NCBI GenBank assembly: GCA_044866315.1
Contig: JBIOTX010000299.1
Location: 163 to 64,162 of the forward strand
Origin: Thermoanaerobaculia bacterium
Lineage (GTDB): Bacteria > Acidobacteriota > Thermoanaerobaculia > Gp7-AA8
Reading direction: 5' to 3'
DNA: 64,000 nt
Positions 49,201 to 58,855 of this stretch are shown here, one piece after another. The notes under the pieces were generated by a model. The model saw nothing but the letters and a program-made list of their open reading frames with translations, was not told the DNA's origin and did no database searches. Within the stretch, counting starts at the first letter, position 1. The number at the start of each line of letters is the position of its first letter. The position numbers and the translations under genes were made by a program.

Positions 49201-49786
49201 TCACTACCGCACGCTCGCCGCGCCCGCGGAGCTCCGCCACAAGATCGAGCGCTCCGACTTTCTCGGTCTCGCCTTCCCGGCGACCAGCGAGGAGGCGTTC
49301 TTCGCGGAGCTGGAGCGGATCCAGAAACGGTATTACGACGCCACCCACCACTGCTGGGCCTTCCGCCTCTTCGCCGAAAGCCGCGTGCGCAGCTCCGACG
49401 CCGGCGAGCCGTCCGGCACCGCCGGCAAGCCGATCCTCGCCGCCATCGAAGGCGCACAGCTGCACGACCTCGGCGTGGTGGTGGTGCGCTGGTTCGGCGG
49501 GATCAAGCTCGGCACGGGCGGCCTCTCGCGCGCCTACCGCGACACGGCCGCGGAGACCCTGCGGCACGCGCAGACGGTCGACCGCTACGTCTACACGCGT
49601 TTCCGGGTGCTCGTCCCGTTCGATGCGCTGAGCAGCGCGTACCGGCTGGTGAGTCCGCCGAACGTGATCCTGGCGGAGGAGCGGTTCGGGGAGGAGAACG
49701 AGTTCTTCTTCGACGTGCGGGCGTCGATGGCGGAGCCGTTCGGGAAGACGCTGACCGAGAAGCGGCTGCGCTTCACTCTTCCGTGA
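49193..49786 (+). CDS. yigZ: IMPACT/YigZ family protein (UPF0029)
   Basis: KRYYDATHHCWAF, DAGEPSGTAGKPIL, VVVVRWFGGIKLGTGGLSRAY. Confidence 0.85.
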   Translation: MSDHYRTLAAPAELRHKIERSDFLGLAFPATSEEAFFAELERIQKRYYDATHHCWAFRLFAESRVRSSDAGEPSGTAGKPILAAIEGAQLHDLGVVVVRWFGGIKLGTGGLSRAYRDTAAETLRHAQTVDRYVYTRFRVLVPFDALSSAYRLVSPPNVILAEERFGEENEFFFDVRASMAEPFGKTLTEKRLRFTLP

Positions 49787-50174
49787 CGCTGGTCCGGGCG
49801 ATCCGGTCGCCCGTCCGGGCCCGTCCCGAGAGCACCAGGACGACTTCGACGAGGTTCCAGCCGGGCACGATCAGGGGAAAGTTCCGGACGATGGAGCGGA
49901 GCCACCCGCAGCCTTCGCCTCTCGGAGTGAGCAGGCGCAGGCCCAGGAGCTGCTTGCCGATGGAGCGGCCGCGGAAGCCGTCCCGAAGGAGCAGGAACAG
50001 CATCAGGACGGCCAGGGCGGCCCACCAGACCAGCTGGATGCCCTTCGGCGAGCCGGTCCAGGTCATTCCATAACTGACGGCCGAGGCGGGGAGGATCAGG
50101 ACGATGGCCGTCAGCAGGGCGTCCACCAGGAAGGCCGCGATACGGAGGAGCTTGGTCTGGGAGCTGTCGGTCAA
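49773..50174 (-). CDS. RDD family membrane protein
   Basis: 133 aa with a TTG start. RIAAFLVDALL...GRSIGKQLLGLRL pattern of the RDD domain. Overlaps yigZ convergently by 14 nt. Confidence 0.7.
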   Translation of the reverse strand: MTDSSQTKLLRIAAFLVDALLTAIVLILPASAVSYGMTWTGSPKGIQLVWWAALAVLMLFLLLRDGFRGRSIGKQLLGLRLLTPRGEGCGWLRSIVRNFPLIVPGWNLVEVVLVLSGRARTGDRIARTSVTEE

Positions 50175-50224
50175 TGAAACCTCTCTGCGGAAAACCCGTA
50201 CAACGGACCAGTCAGGTGCCTCAG

Positions 50225-51031
50225 ATGAACAGACGCACGCTCAGCCTTTATTTACTCCTCGCCCTGGCGGCCGCCGGCTGCGGGCGCATCGAGGCGCGGA
50301 GCGACCGCGACGAGGGCACGGCCACGATCAACAGGACTTGGCCGGCCGCCGAGATCAAGAACCTCAAGGTCTTCGAGATCGACGGCAGCGTGACCGTGGA
50401 GGCGGGACCGACGAACGAGGTCGTGCTCGTGGCCAAGGCCCGGGGCGACCTGGACGTCAAGCCGGGCCAGGAGAACCAGGGACTGTTCGAGACCCGCCTC
50501 GACGGCGACACGCTGCGCATCGGCCGCCACGAAGACCGCCGCCGGCGCAGCTTCAACCTCCGCTTCTTCTTCGACCACGAGGACGTGGAGATCCACTACG
50601 CCCTGAAGGTTCCCCCCTCGGTGTCGCTGGACGTGAAGACCGTCAACGGCCGCATCACCACCAAAGGCGTGGAAGGGGAGACCGACGCGTCGACCGTGAA
50701 CGGCACGATCGACATCGAGACCGCGGGTCTGAACGAGCTCTCCGCGACCACCGTGAACGGGCGGGTGCGGGCGAAGTTCGTCCGCGGCTTCAACGGCGCG
50801 CGCTTCAAGACCGTGAACGGCAGCGTGAAGGCGACCCTGCCCCAGGACGCATCGTTCAACGTCAGCCTTTCCCAGGTGAACGGGGACTTCGAGGCCTCGT
50901 TCCCGCTGAGCATCCACTCCCACCCGGGCAGCCGGCGCGTGTCCGGTGAGGTCAACGGCGGGCAGCACGCGCTGAAGATCACCACCGTGAACGGGGACGT
51001 GGAGCTGGCGCGGCTGAATGACTCTCTGTAA
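50225..51031 (+). CDS. DUF4097 putative adhesin lipoprotein
   Basis: ATG at 50225 (MNRRTLSLYLLLALAAAGC lipobox). Repeated VNG(R/S/T/D)(I/V) strands (TVNGRITTKG, TVNGTIDIE, TVNGRVRAKF, TVNGSVKATL, VNGDFEASF, TVNGDVELA). Confidence 0.75.
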   Translation: MNRRTLSLYLLLALAAAGCGRIEARSDRDEGTATINRTWPAAEIKNLKVFEIDGSVTVEAGPTNEVVLVAKARGDLDVKPGQENQGLFETRLDGDTLRIGRHEDRRRRSFNLRFFFDHEDVEIHYALKVPPSVSLDVKTVNGRITTKGVEGETDASTVNGTIDIETAGLNELSATTVNGRVRAKFVRGFNGARFKTVNGSVKATLPQDASFNVSLSQVNGDFEASFPLSIHSHPGSRRVSGEVNGGQHALKITTVNGDVELARLNDSL

Positions 51032-51046
51032 CGCTATGATCGCCGC

Positions 51047-52375
51047 GTGACGCGGCGCATCGCGGTCGTCCTCTTCATCGTCCTGACCGTCGCCGCCGTC
51101 GCTTCCGTCCGCAACTACGACTTCTTCTGGCACCTGGCCACCGGGCGGTGGATCATCGAGCAGCGCGCACTGCCGGCGAGCGACCCGTTCGCCGTGGCCA
51201 GCGATCGCAAGCCGTGGATCAACGGCGAGTGGCTGTTCGAAGTCGTGCTCTACGCGCTGCGCGCCGTCGATCCGGCGGTGCTGCGCGGATTGCTCGCGGC
51301 GCTGATCTTCACGCTGGCCTTCGTGTTCGCCGCACGAGACGCCAGTCCGCACGCTGCGCTCGCGCTGGCCGCGCTCGGGTTCGCGGGGGCGATGCCGGTG
51401 CTCGATCTCCGGCCGTCCAGCGTCGCGGCGTTGTTGGTGGTACTGATGCTCGCTGCGCGCTCGCTGGTCGCCCGAATCGCGATCACGATCGTCTGGATCA
51501 ACGTGCATCCCTCGGCGCTGCTCGCGCCGATTCTGGCGCGGCGGCCGCTGCACATCGCCGCGTGCGCGGCGGCACTGCTGGTGAATCCGTTCGGATGGCG
51601 CGCGATCACCGCGCCGCTGTCGCTGATGTCATTCGTCGGCAGCGGTGCGTTCGTGAACGCGGAGTGGCTTCCGAGCTCGCCGGTGCTCTTTCCGATGCTG
51701 TACGTGACGATCGCGGTGGCGATCCTCGCGCTGGCGACGGCGGAGAAGCGCGACTGGTGGCGGATCGCCCTGACCGTGCTCTTCGCCTATCTCGCCGTAC
51801 GCCACGTGCGCAATCAGCCGCTGTGGTTCGCCGCGTTTCCGCTGCTCGCGAGCGGCCTGCGCGTCCGGCGCGCGTATGCGTACGCCGTCGCCGCGGCCGC
51901 ATTCATCGTTGCGCTGGTTCTGACGCCGCACGGTCTCGGCATGATGCAAGGGCGTTTTCCGGAGCGCGCCGTCGCGCGACTGGAGGGCACCGGTCTGAAG
52001 GGGAACATCTACAACCCCGACCAGTTCGGCGGCTACCTGATCTGGTCCTTCTATCCCGAGCGCCGCGCGCTCACCGACGGGCGCAATGAGCTGTACCACG
52101 CCTTCATCCCCGAGTACGCGAGGGCGCGGCAGGATCAGCGCGCGTGGCTCGCCCTCCTGCGCAAGTACCGCATCGATCTGGCCGTCGACGAGCACCGCCC
52201 GCCGCTGGAAGTGATGGACGCCGTCACCGGGCGGAAGACCACGATGCCGGCGTGGCAGGCCTACTGGCCGAAGCGCGACTGGGCGCTCATCGCGCGCGAT
52301 GACGTGGCGATGGTCTTCGCGCGGCGTGCCGCGTTCTCACCGGAAGAGTTGAAGAGGTGGGAGATCCCTCGCTGA
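51047..52375 (+). CDS. Polytopic membrane protein (GT-C-like fold suspected)
   Basis: GTG start, 442 aa, at least 9 TM segments. N-terminal YDFFWHLATGRWI motif followed by a C-terminal soluble region. Confidence 0.55.
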   Translation: MTRRIAVVLFIVLTVAAVASVRNYDFFWHLATGRWIIEQRALPASDPFAVASDRKPWINGEWLFEVVLYALRAVDPAVLRGLLAALIFTLAFVFAARDASPHAALALAALGFAGAMPVLDLRPSSVAALLVVLMLAARSLVARIAITIVWINVHPSALLAPILARRPLHIAACAAALLVNPFGWRAITAPLSLMSFVGSGAFVNAEWLPSSPVLFPMLYVTIAVAILALATAEKRDWWRIALTVLFAYLAVRHVRNQPLWFAAFPLLASGLRVRRAYAYAVAAAAFIVALVLTPHGLGMMQGRFPERAVARLEGTGLKGNIYNPDQFGGYLIWSFYPERRALTDGRNELYHAFIPEYARARQDQRAWLALLRKYRIDLAVDEHRPPLEVMDAVTGRKTTMPAWQAYWPKRDWALIARDDVAMVFARRAAFSPEELKRWEIPR

Positions 52376-52402
52376 AGCTCGGGATGACTCGCTGAATGCG
52401 TG

Positions 52403-52705
52403 TCAATTAACCAGCTCGTCGGGCCTGCAGTGGTGCAGCTCCTCGTTGGGCCAGCGCTGCTGCAGGATGCGGTCGAAGTGAGGCTGGACGATGCGCTCGT
52501 AGCGCGACTCGAAGCCGGGGAAGAGCTCCAGGATGGCCTTGCGCGCGCATTCGACCAGGCACCGGGCCTCGCGATGGGAGACCGTGCGGTCGCTGCTGAT
52601 CAGGTTCAGGGTGAGCTCCGCGATCATCCGAACACGGCGGAGACGGCGGCGCTCGATGAACGCAATCGGGTCGTCGACTTGGCTCTCGTGCTCGAACTTG
52701 GGCAT
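52403..52705 (-). CDS. Small hypothetical protein (100 aa)
   Basis: The better-composed of two overlapping minus-strand frames. No obvious SD sequence and no recognised family. Confidence 0.45.
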   Translation of the reverse strand: MPKFEHESQVDDPIAFIERRRLRRVRMIAELTLNLISSDRTVSHREARCLVECARKAILELFPGFESRYERIVQPHFDRILQQRWPNEELHHCRPDELVN

Positions 52706-52757
52706 CGCTTGTCACCCGTCAAACCGGGGTGCTCCGCGGTGCATTCCACCGCGGAAG

Positions 52758-53396
52758 TCAGGCGTGCTCCCGGTCGCCTTCGCTCCAGATTTCGTCGGCC
52801 ACCTGGGGGTCGACCCGGGCCTCGTAATAGCGGATGGCGTTCTTTGCCACGACCTGCACGGCGAGGTAATTGAGCGCGCCGCCGGCGGCCACGCCGACGA
52901 AGGGGACGACCTTGGCCAGACGGTCACGGATGATGCGCGTCCCAATCTTCTCGGCGATCAGGCCCCCTTCGACGGTGACCGTGCCGAGCATCGCCGCAAG
53001 GCCCTGCTTGCCGGCCCCGACGCCGGTCGAGTAGGCGAGACAGGACAGCGCCTCCTGGAAACGCTCGCGGCTCGTCGGCTCGTGTCCGTAGATGGTGGCG
53101 ATGCCGAGGATCAGGCGGAACTGCTGGAAGACCAGATACGCCAGATCGGCGCCGAGGGTGGCGATGGCGGCGATGCCGAGAGGGAGTCCGGTCACCGCGC
53201 CGGCGGCGGCGCAGCGGATGGCCGTGCGGCGGGCGAGAATTTTCGCGTGGCGCGCCTGGACATAGTCGGGCGCGGAGGCGCGGAGGTCGTCGACCTCCTT
53301 GCGCAGTTTGTCGACGTCGATCTCCTCGAACAGCGAGAAGAAGACCTCTTCCAGGACGCCGTCCGCACGTCGCTTGAAGTCTTTCATTTTCGCCAT
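52758..53396 (-). CDS. EcsC-family protein
   Basis: ATG at 53396 (MAKMKDFKRRADG...). Central segment AAGAVTGLPLGIAAIATLGADLAYLVFQQFRLILGIATIYG resembles the EcsC family. Confidence 0.65.
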   Translation of the reverse strand: MAKMKDFKRRADGVLEEVFFSLFEEIDVDKLRKEVDDLRASAPDYVQARHAKILARRTAIRCAAAGAVTGLPLGIAAIATLGADLAYLVFQQFRLILGIATIYGHEPTSRERFQEALSCLAYSTGVGAGKQGLAAMLGTVTVEGGLIAEKIGTRIIRDRLAKVVPFVGVAAGGALNYLAVQVVAKNAIRYYEARVDPQVADEIWSEGDREHA

Positions 53397-53407
53397 GGGA
53401 ATCGCCG

Positions 53408-53701
53408 TCACGTGTCGCTCTTCTTCGCCTCGGTTTTGGTCTCGCTCTTCGAGTCCGATGCCGGCTTGGCCTCGGACGTATCGCTCTTCGTCTCTCCCGA
53501 CTCGCTCTTGCCGCCCGCCGGCTTGGCCGCGTAGTCGGTCTTGTACCAGCCCGATCCCTTGAACTGAATGGCCGGCGCGGAGACGAGCTTCTTCATGTCG
53601 CCGCCGCACTTCGGGCAATGGCTGTACGGCGGATCGGAGAGTCGCTGGATGATCTCCACCCGCTCGCTGCACTGCACACACTGGTATTCGTAGAGAGGCA
53701 T
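53408..53701 (-). CDS. FmdB-family zinc-ribbon putative regulatory protein
   Basis: MPLYEYQCVQCSERVE...HCPKCGG (CxxC...CxxC), followed by a Ser/Lys/Glu-rich tail. Confidence 0.85.
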   Translation of the reverse strand: MPLYEYQCVQCSERVEIIQRLSDPPYSHCPKCGGDMKKLVSAPAIQFKGSGWYKTDYAAKPAGGKSESGETKSDTSEAKPASDSKSETKTEAKKSDT

Positions 53702-53743
53702 CGGTACCCGTGTTTTGCTAACAGGCTGCGGCCGCGCCCGATT

Positions 53744-54352
53744 TCAGGATCCGAGCCGTCCGAGCTGGGCGTGCGACGACTCCTCGGCGGCGAGCACGCG
53801 GCTGTCGCGGAAGTAGACGGCGGCCACGCCGCCGCCGCGCGCAGGGTAGTACCAGGCCTCCATCGTCGCGCCGGCGCGGCGGTGCTTCACCGACCATCCC
53901 GGCATCGGCTTGCCGAGGAGGTGCTCGACCTGGCGATGAGTCATGCCCTTCTGCAGCGCCAGGAGCTTCTCGCGCGTGACGGCCAGGCGGTCGGCGGCGA
54001 GGGCGAGGCCGCTGCGCGCGCGGTCGTTCTCCGGATGCTGGGCGAGCACGGCCCGGTAGAAGCGGATGGCCTCCTGATGCCGCCCCACTGCGGCGAGGTC
54101 GTCAGCGAACTGCAGCTGCATCTCCGCCCACACCTCCTGGGCCCGCCCGTGGTTGGGATGCTTCTGGACGAAGGCGCGGACGGAGTCGGCGTAGACCTGC
54201 TTGTGCTCGGCGGTCGCGGCCGCCGATTTCGCGGCCTTCTTGTGCTCCAGAACGTCGCGCCACTCGGCGCGGTGGTCGGGCTCGGTCTGGGCGCCTCCGC
54301 AGGCCAGGAGGAGGGCCGCCAGGAGCGGCGCAACAAGCGCGCAAACTCGCAT
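53744..54352 (-). CDS. Lipoprotein with TPR-like helices and BamE/SmpA-OmlA-like C-terminal domain
   Basis: ATG at 54352 (MRVCALVAPLLAALLLACG lipobox). LQKGMTHRQVEHLLGKP resembles the BamE motif. Confidence 0.6.
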   Translation of the reverse strand: MRVCALVAPLLAALLLACGGAQTEPDHRAEWRDVLEHKKAAKSAAATAEHKQVYADSVRAFVQKHPNHGRAQEVWAEMQLQFADDLAAVGRHQEAIRFYRAVLAQHPENDRARSGLALAADRLAVTREKLLALQKGMTHRQVEHLLGKPMPGWSVKHRRAGATMEAWYYPARGGGVAAVYFRDSRVLAAEESSHAQLGRLGS

Positions 54353-54472
54353 CAGGCGACAACTTAGCACGAGGGTCGTTTCCTTGACAGCGTAAGAGAG
54401 CGGGGCCGATAATCGCCCTTCGCTCGGAGCGCCTGTTCAGGGCGAGGCAACCTTCAGCATCCGGAGGATTTA

Positions 54473-55930
54473 ATGGCTGTGAGGGGCGAGGAAGTCGCGA
54501 GCTCGATCGAAGCGCATGTCCGCGAGTCGATCGAGCGGATGGTGGAGGAGATCCGCTCCTCCGTCGAAGACGTCCGCGTCGCCGTCGACCAGCAGCTGAA
54601 GGCCGCCCTGCAGAGCGTTCAGGCCGACGTCAACTCCATCAACTTCCTCCCGCACATCCAGCGCGCGGTCGGCGACCTCGAGGAGTCCCTCACCGCCGCC
54701 GCCCCCGCCGCCCCCGCCGCTCCGGCCGGCGCGGGCGCCGCGAAGGTGAAGGAGGCCGTCCAGGCCATCGAGAACGCCCGCTCGCAGGTGGACATGCTGA
54801 ACAACCTGCTCGAGCAGGCGCTCGGCTTCGGCTCGCGCGCCGCCCTGCTCATCCTGCGCGGCGAGACGTTCAGCGGATGGAAGGGCATGGGCTTCTCCGC
54901 GCACGGCGGCAATGACGAGGCCATCAAGCGCTTCAACGCCGCCCCGGGACTCATTCCCGAGCTCGATACCGTGCTGCGCGACGAGCACGTGGTCACCTGG
55001 GACGGCGCCAATCTCGCCACCCGCCTCGGCGTCTCCGCAGCCGCGCAGGCCGTGCTCGTGCCGATGGTGATCAAGGACAAGGTCGCCGCGGCGGTGTACG
55101 TCGACGCCGTCGAGGTCGACGCGGCGAAGTTCGACCGCGACGCCATCCAGCTGCTCGTCTTCACCACCGGCCTCCTGGTCGACACGCTGGCCATCCGCAA
55201 GAAGATCCCCTCGCCGAGCCTTCAGGAGATCGGCTCCGCGGCTCCGGCCGCCACTCCGGCTCCGGTTCCCGCTCCCCAACCGGCCGCGGCTGCTCCGAAA
55301 CCGGCTCCCGCTCCGCCTCCGCCTCCGGTCGCTCCACCGCCCCCGCCGCGGCCGGCACCACCCGCCCCTCCAACACCTCCGCAGCAGGCGGTCCCGACGA
55401 CCACCGGCGCCGGAACCGTGGCAGTGAACGTCGCCCAGCTGCGCGAGATGATGGCCGCGCAGCGGCCGAGCTTCAACGTCCCGTCCGCCGAGGAGTTCAG
55501 CGCGCCGCCGTCGGCCACGGCGAAGGTGCCGGCGATGGAAGCCAAGCCCGCGGCCGCTCCGCCTCCTCCGCCGCCACCACCGGCTCCTCCCGCCGCCCAG
55601 GAGGATCGGCCCTCGACGCAGTACGTGCCGCCTCCCGGCCTCTCCCGCACCGCCAGCGCCGGCCCGCAGACCGAGGACGCCAAGAAGCACGACGAGGCGC
55701 GCCGCTTCGCGCGGCTGCTCGTGTCGGAGATCAAGCTCTACAACGAGTCGAAGGTCGAGCAGGGCCGCCGGAACAACGACCTCTACGAGCGGCTGAAAGA
55801 AGACATCGACCGCAGCCGGCAGATGTACGACGAGCGGATCTCGGACGAGGTGCGGAAAACGTCGAATTACTTCTATGACGAGCTGGTCCGCATCCTCGCC
55901 GACGGCAGGGCCGACGCGCTAGGGCTGTAA
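54473..55930 (+). CDS. Hypothetical protein: coiled N-terminus, GAF-like domain, Pro/Ala-rich linker, conserved helical C-terminal domain
   Basis: GGAGGA RBS, 485 aa. The GAF-like block is RAALLILRGETFSGWKGMGF...AVLVPMVIKDKVAAAVYVDA. The linker is about 150 aa of low-complexity PAPP sequence. Confidence 0.6.
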   Translation: MAVRGEEVASSIEAHVRESIERMVEEIRSSVEDVRVAVDQQLKAALQSVQADVNSINFLPHIQRAVGDLEESLTAAAPAAPAAPAGAGAAKVKEAVQAIENARSQVDMLNNLLEQALGFGSRAALLILRGETFSGWKGMGFSAHGGNDEAIKRFNAAPGLIPELDTVLRDEHVVTWDGANLATRLGVSAAAQAVLVPMVIKDKVAAAVYVDAVEVDAAKFDRDAIQLLVFTTGLLVDTLAIRKKIPSPSLQEIGSAAPAATPAPVPAPQPAAAAPKPAPAPPPPPVAPPPPPRPAPPAPPTPPQQAVPTTTGAGTVAVNVAQLREMMAAQRPSFNVPSAEEFSAPPSATAKVPAMEAKPAAAPPPPPPPPAPPAAQEDRPSTQYVPPPGLSRTASAGPQTEDAKKHDEARRFARLLVSEIKLYNESKVEQGRRNNDLYERLKEDIDRSRQMYDERISDEVRKTSNYFYDELVRILADGRADALGL

Positions 55931-55960
55931 TCGGCCTGCCTTTCGCACTTCAGCCCGCCC

Positions 55961-58261
55961 GTGCTGCAGTACCTCCGCCGACGGTGGCTTCTCCTGACGG
56001 TCGTTTCTCTGGTCGTGATCGCCGGCATCGTGGCCGTGCTGTTCTACCACCGCAATCTCGCGCCGCTCCCCCATGAGGAGTCCGACCTGCCGCCGAAGCC
56101 GGAGGCGCCGCCCGATCTGGAGAAGCTCCGCGACCGCTTCGCCTCCGGCATCGATGCCCTGGGCCGCCACGACGGCGCAGACGCCGTGGAGCATCTCTCG
56201 TCGTTCGACTTCGGCTCCCGGGCGGTGGAGGAGTACCGGCTCTACTACCTCGCCGAAGCCCAGCAGATGACCGGCAACAGCGGAGCGGCGCGGGTGACTC
56301 TGGCGAAGCTCTGGCGGCGCAAGCCGCGGATGATTCACGCCCCCGAGGCCGCGTCGCGGCTGGCCAGCCATTATTCGTCCGCGGGCGACCTCGATCACAC
56401 CGCGGAGGTCTACGCGACGCTCGCCCGCCGCGAGGGCGCGTCCGCAGCCGTCACGGCGCCGGCACGGATCAGCAGCGCGAAGGCGCGGCTGGAGGCCGGC
56501 GACGTCGCCGGCGCGCTGTACGAGGCCCGCACGCTGCTCATCCACCATCCGGCGACCAAGGAGGCGGAGGAGGCCGCGGCCATCGCCCGCGCGCTTTTAG
56601 GCCTCGACCCGAAGGCGGGCATTCCGCTGACGCACTCCGAGCAGCTCGAGCGCGCCATCGCCCGCCTCGGCTCGCAGGATCCGCAGAACGCGCTCGAGGA
56701 GCTGACCGTGCTCGAGAAGGTCGCGGCGCCGCACCTCCGCCGCGACGTGCAGCTGCAGAAAGGGGTCGCCCTCAGTCAGCTCAAGCGCTACGTAGACTCC
56801 AACCAGACCCTCGAGCCGCTCACCGGCGGCGAGTTCAAGCAGGCCATCCCCGCCCTGCGCGTCCTGTCGAGGAACTACGGTATCCTCGCCGCCTCCATCG
56901 ACCCGAACATCTACAAGACCGTGAAGGAGAAGAAGCGCGTCGGCTCGGTCAAGGTGCGCGTGGGCAAGGGAAAGAAGCGGCGCACGGTGACGAAGCCGAA
57001 GTACAAGACCGTGTTCCGGCAGGTCAAGCTCGTCGATCTGGCCAAGAAGAAAAAGAAGGACGAGTACGAGCGCCTCGCCAGCGAGCGCCTCAAGGACATC
57101 CTGCAGATTCCCAAGGTCTCCGAGGAGCTGCGCCTGGAGACTCTGAATGCGCTCATCGCCCGCGCCGAGGCGAAGAACCAGGACGATTACGTCCGCGAGC
57201 TGGTCCCGCAGGTGATCCGGATCGATCCCAACGCGGATCCCGGCCTGCAACACATCTGGGACAAGGGCTGGGCCGCGTACGCGCGCGGCGACCTGCAGAC
57301 CGCGCGCAAGCTGTTCCACTTCATCGCCGACACCTACACCCACGTGAACGTCCGCCGCCAGGCCGAGTACTGGTACGCCCGGACGGTGGAGCGCCTCGGC
57401 AACAAGGAAGAGGCGGCACTGATCTACCGCAAGCTGGCCCAGGCGCCGTACGCGGATCTGTACGCGCTGCACTCGGCGAAGCGGGGCGCGCCGCTGAAGA
57501 CCAGCGACTCGAATCCGCTGAAAAGGGACGGCCCCGACTGGCGCGAGCTGGCGGAGAAGGAGATGCCCGAGGAGCTGCAGCTGGCCTACGAGCTGACCGC
57601 GCTCTCGGCGATGCGCGAGGCCTATCAGGAGATCCGCCGCAACCGGACCCGCACCAACGTCCGCTTCGCCGAGGCGCTGATGGCGGACGTCTACAACGCC
57701 GCCGGGAACAAGATCGCCATGTACCGCTCGCTCCGGCAGGCATGGCCGCAATTGGCGACGGTCGAGCAGGACTCCGCGCCCGTGTACTTCCTGGAGATGT
57801 ACTACCCGCGCCGCTACGGCGACGAGATCGAGAAGCACGCCAAAAAGCAGAACCTCGACCCGAACCTGGTGCGCGGGCTGATCCTGCAGGAGAGCTACTA
57901 CAACCCGAAGGCCCGCTCACGCGTCGGCGCGACGGGCCTCATGCAGCTCATGCCGCCCACGGCCAAGGACCACTCCCGCAGCCTCGGCATCGTCTTCGGC
58001 CCCGCGCGCCTGGAGAACCCGGACGTGAACATTCAGCTCGGCACGTTCCACCTGCGCATGCTGGTGAACATGTTCCGGGGGAACGAATACCTGGCCATCG
58101 CCTCGTACAACGCCGGGCAGGGCAACGTCCTCAAGTGGCGACGCGCCGCGCCCGGCAAGCCGGTGGACGAGTTCCTGGAGTCGATCCCGTTCCAGGAGAC
58201 GCGGAACTACGTGAAACGCGTGACGATGCTGCGCAGCGCCTACGCGCGCTTCAACGGCTGA
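55961..58261 (+). CDS. Lytic murein transglycosylase (Slt70-like; superhelical N-domain plus SLT catalytic domain)
   Basis: C-terminal LILQESYYNPKARSRVGATGLMQLMP ... ASYNAGQGNV, which contains the catalytic Glu-Ser motif. Confidence 0.85.
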   Translation: MLQYLRRRWLLLTVVSLVVIAGIVAVLFYHRNLAPLPHEESDLPPKPEAPPDLEKLRDRFASGIDALGRHDGADAVEHLSSFDFGSRAVEEYRLYYLAEAQQMTGNSGAARVTLAKLWRRKPRMIHAPEAASRLASHYSSAGDLDHTAEVYATLARREGASAAVTAPARISSAKARLEAGDVAGALYEARTLLIHHPATKEAEEAAAIARALLGLDPKAGIPLTHSEQLERAIARLGSQDPQNALEELTVLEKVAAPHLRRDVQLQKGVALSQLKRYVDSNQTLEPLTGGEFKQAIPALRVLSRNYGILAASIDPNIYKTVKEKKRVGSVKVRVGKGKKRRTVTKPKYKTVFRQVKLVDLAKKKKKDEYERLASERLKDILQIPKVSEELRLETLNALIARAEAKNQDDYVRELVPQVIRIDPNADPGLQHIWDKGWAAYARGDLQTARKLFHFIADTYTHVNVRRQAEYWYARTVERLGNKEEAALIYRKLAQAPYADLYALHSAKRGAPLKTSDSNPLKRDGPDWRELAEKEMPEELQLAYELTALSAMREAYQEIRRNRTRTNVRFAEALMADVYNAAGNKIAMYRSLRQAWPQLATVEQDSAPVYFLEMYYPRRYGDEIEKHAKKQNLDPNLVRGLILQESYYNPKARSRVGATGLMQLMPPTAKDHSRSLGIVFGPARLENPDVNIQLGTFHLRMLVNMFRGNEYLAIASYNAGQGNVLKWRRAAPGKPVDEFLESIPFQETRNYVKRVTMLRSAYARFNG

Positions 58262-58264
58262 CGC

Positions 58265-58855
58265 CTACGACTTCCACTTGATCGTGCAGCCGAACTCGCG
58301 GGTCACGGTCTGGGCGACCTCGCGGCCGTTGAGCAGCGCGGTCAGCGCGTCGGAAAGACCGGTCGTCCTCCGCTCGTCCGGCTTCGCGGAGTCGTCGACG
58401 TAGCCGCGGTAGCGGACGACGCCGCTGCCGTCGACCACGAACACGTGCGGCGTGACGCGCGCGCCGTAGGCGCGGGCGATGCTGCTGTCGCCGTCCTTGA
58501 GGTACGGGAACGGATAGCCCTTCGCCACCGCGCGAGCCTTCATGTTCTCCGCGGTCTCTTCGGGGAACTTGACGTCGTCGTTCGAGTCGACGGCGTAGAA
58601 GACCACGCCCTGCTGCCCGAACTGCTTGGCCACCTCGATGATCCGCCCCTCGAACGCCTTCGCGTACGGGCACTGATTGCAGGTGAAGACGACCACTTTC
58701 AGCTTGCCGTCGGCCGGCTTCATGGCCACGGTCGCGCCATCCACCGCGTTCACCAGCGAGAACTCCGGCGCCTTCGCGCCGATGGCCACCTGCTCCGCGG
58801 CGCCGGCCGCGCCGGCGAAGAGCATCAGGCTCAGGATCAGCATCGTTTTCTTCAT
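58265..58855 (-). CDS. Secreted thioredoxin-fold protein (redoxin/AhpC-TSA-like)
   Basis: ATG at 58855 (MKKTMLILSLMLFAGAAGA). FTCNQCPY active-site-like motif. ATGA overlap with the upstream gene. Confidence 0.8.
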   Translation of the reverse strand: MKKTMLILSLMLFAGAAGAAEQVAIGAKAPEFSLVNAVDGATVAMKPADGKLKVVVFTCNQCPYAKAFEGRIIEVAKQFGQQGVVFYAVDSNDDVKFPEETAENMKARAVAKGYPFPYLKDGDSSIARAYGARVTPHVFVVDGSGVVRYRGYVDDSAKPDERRTTGLSDALTALLNGREVAQTVTREFGCTIKWKS

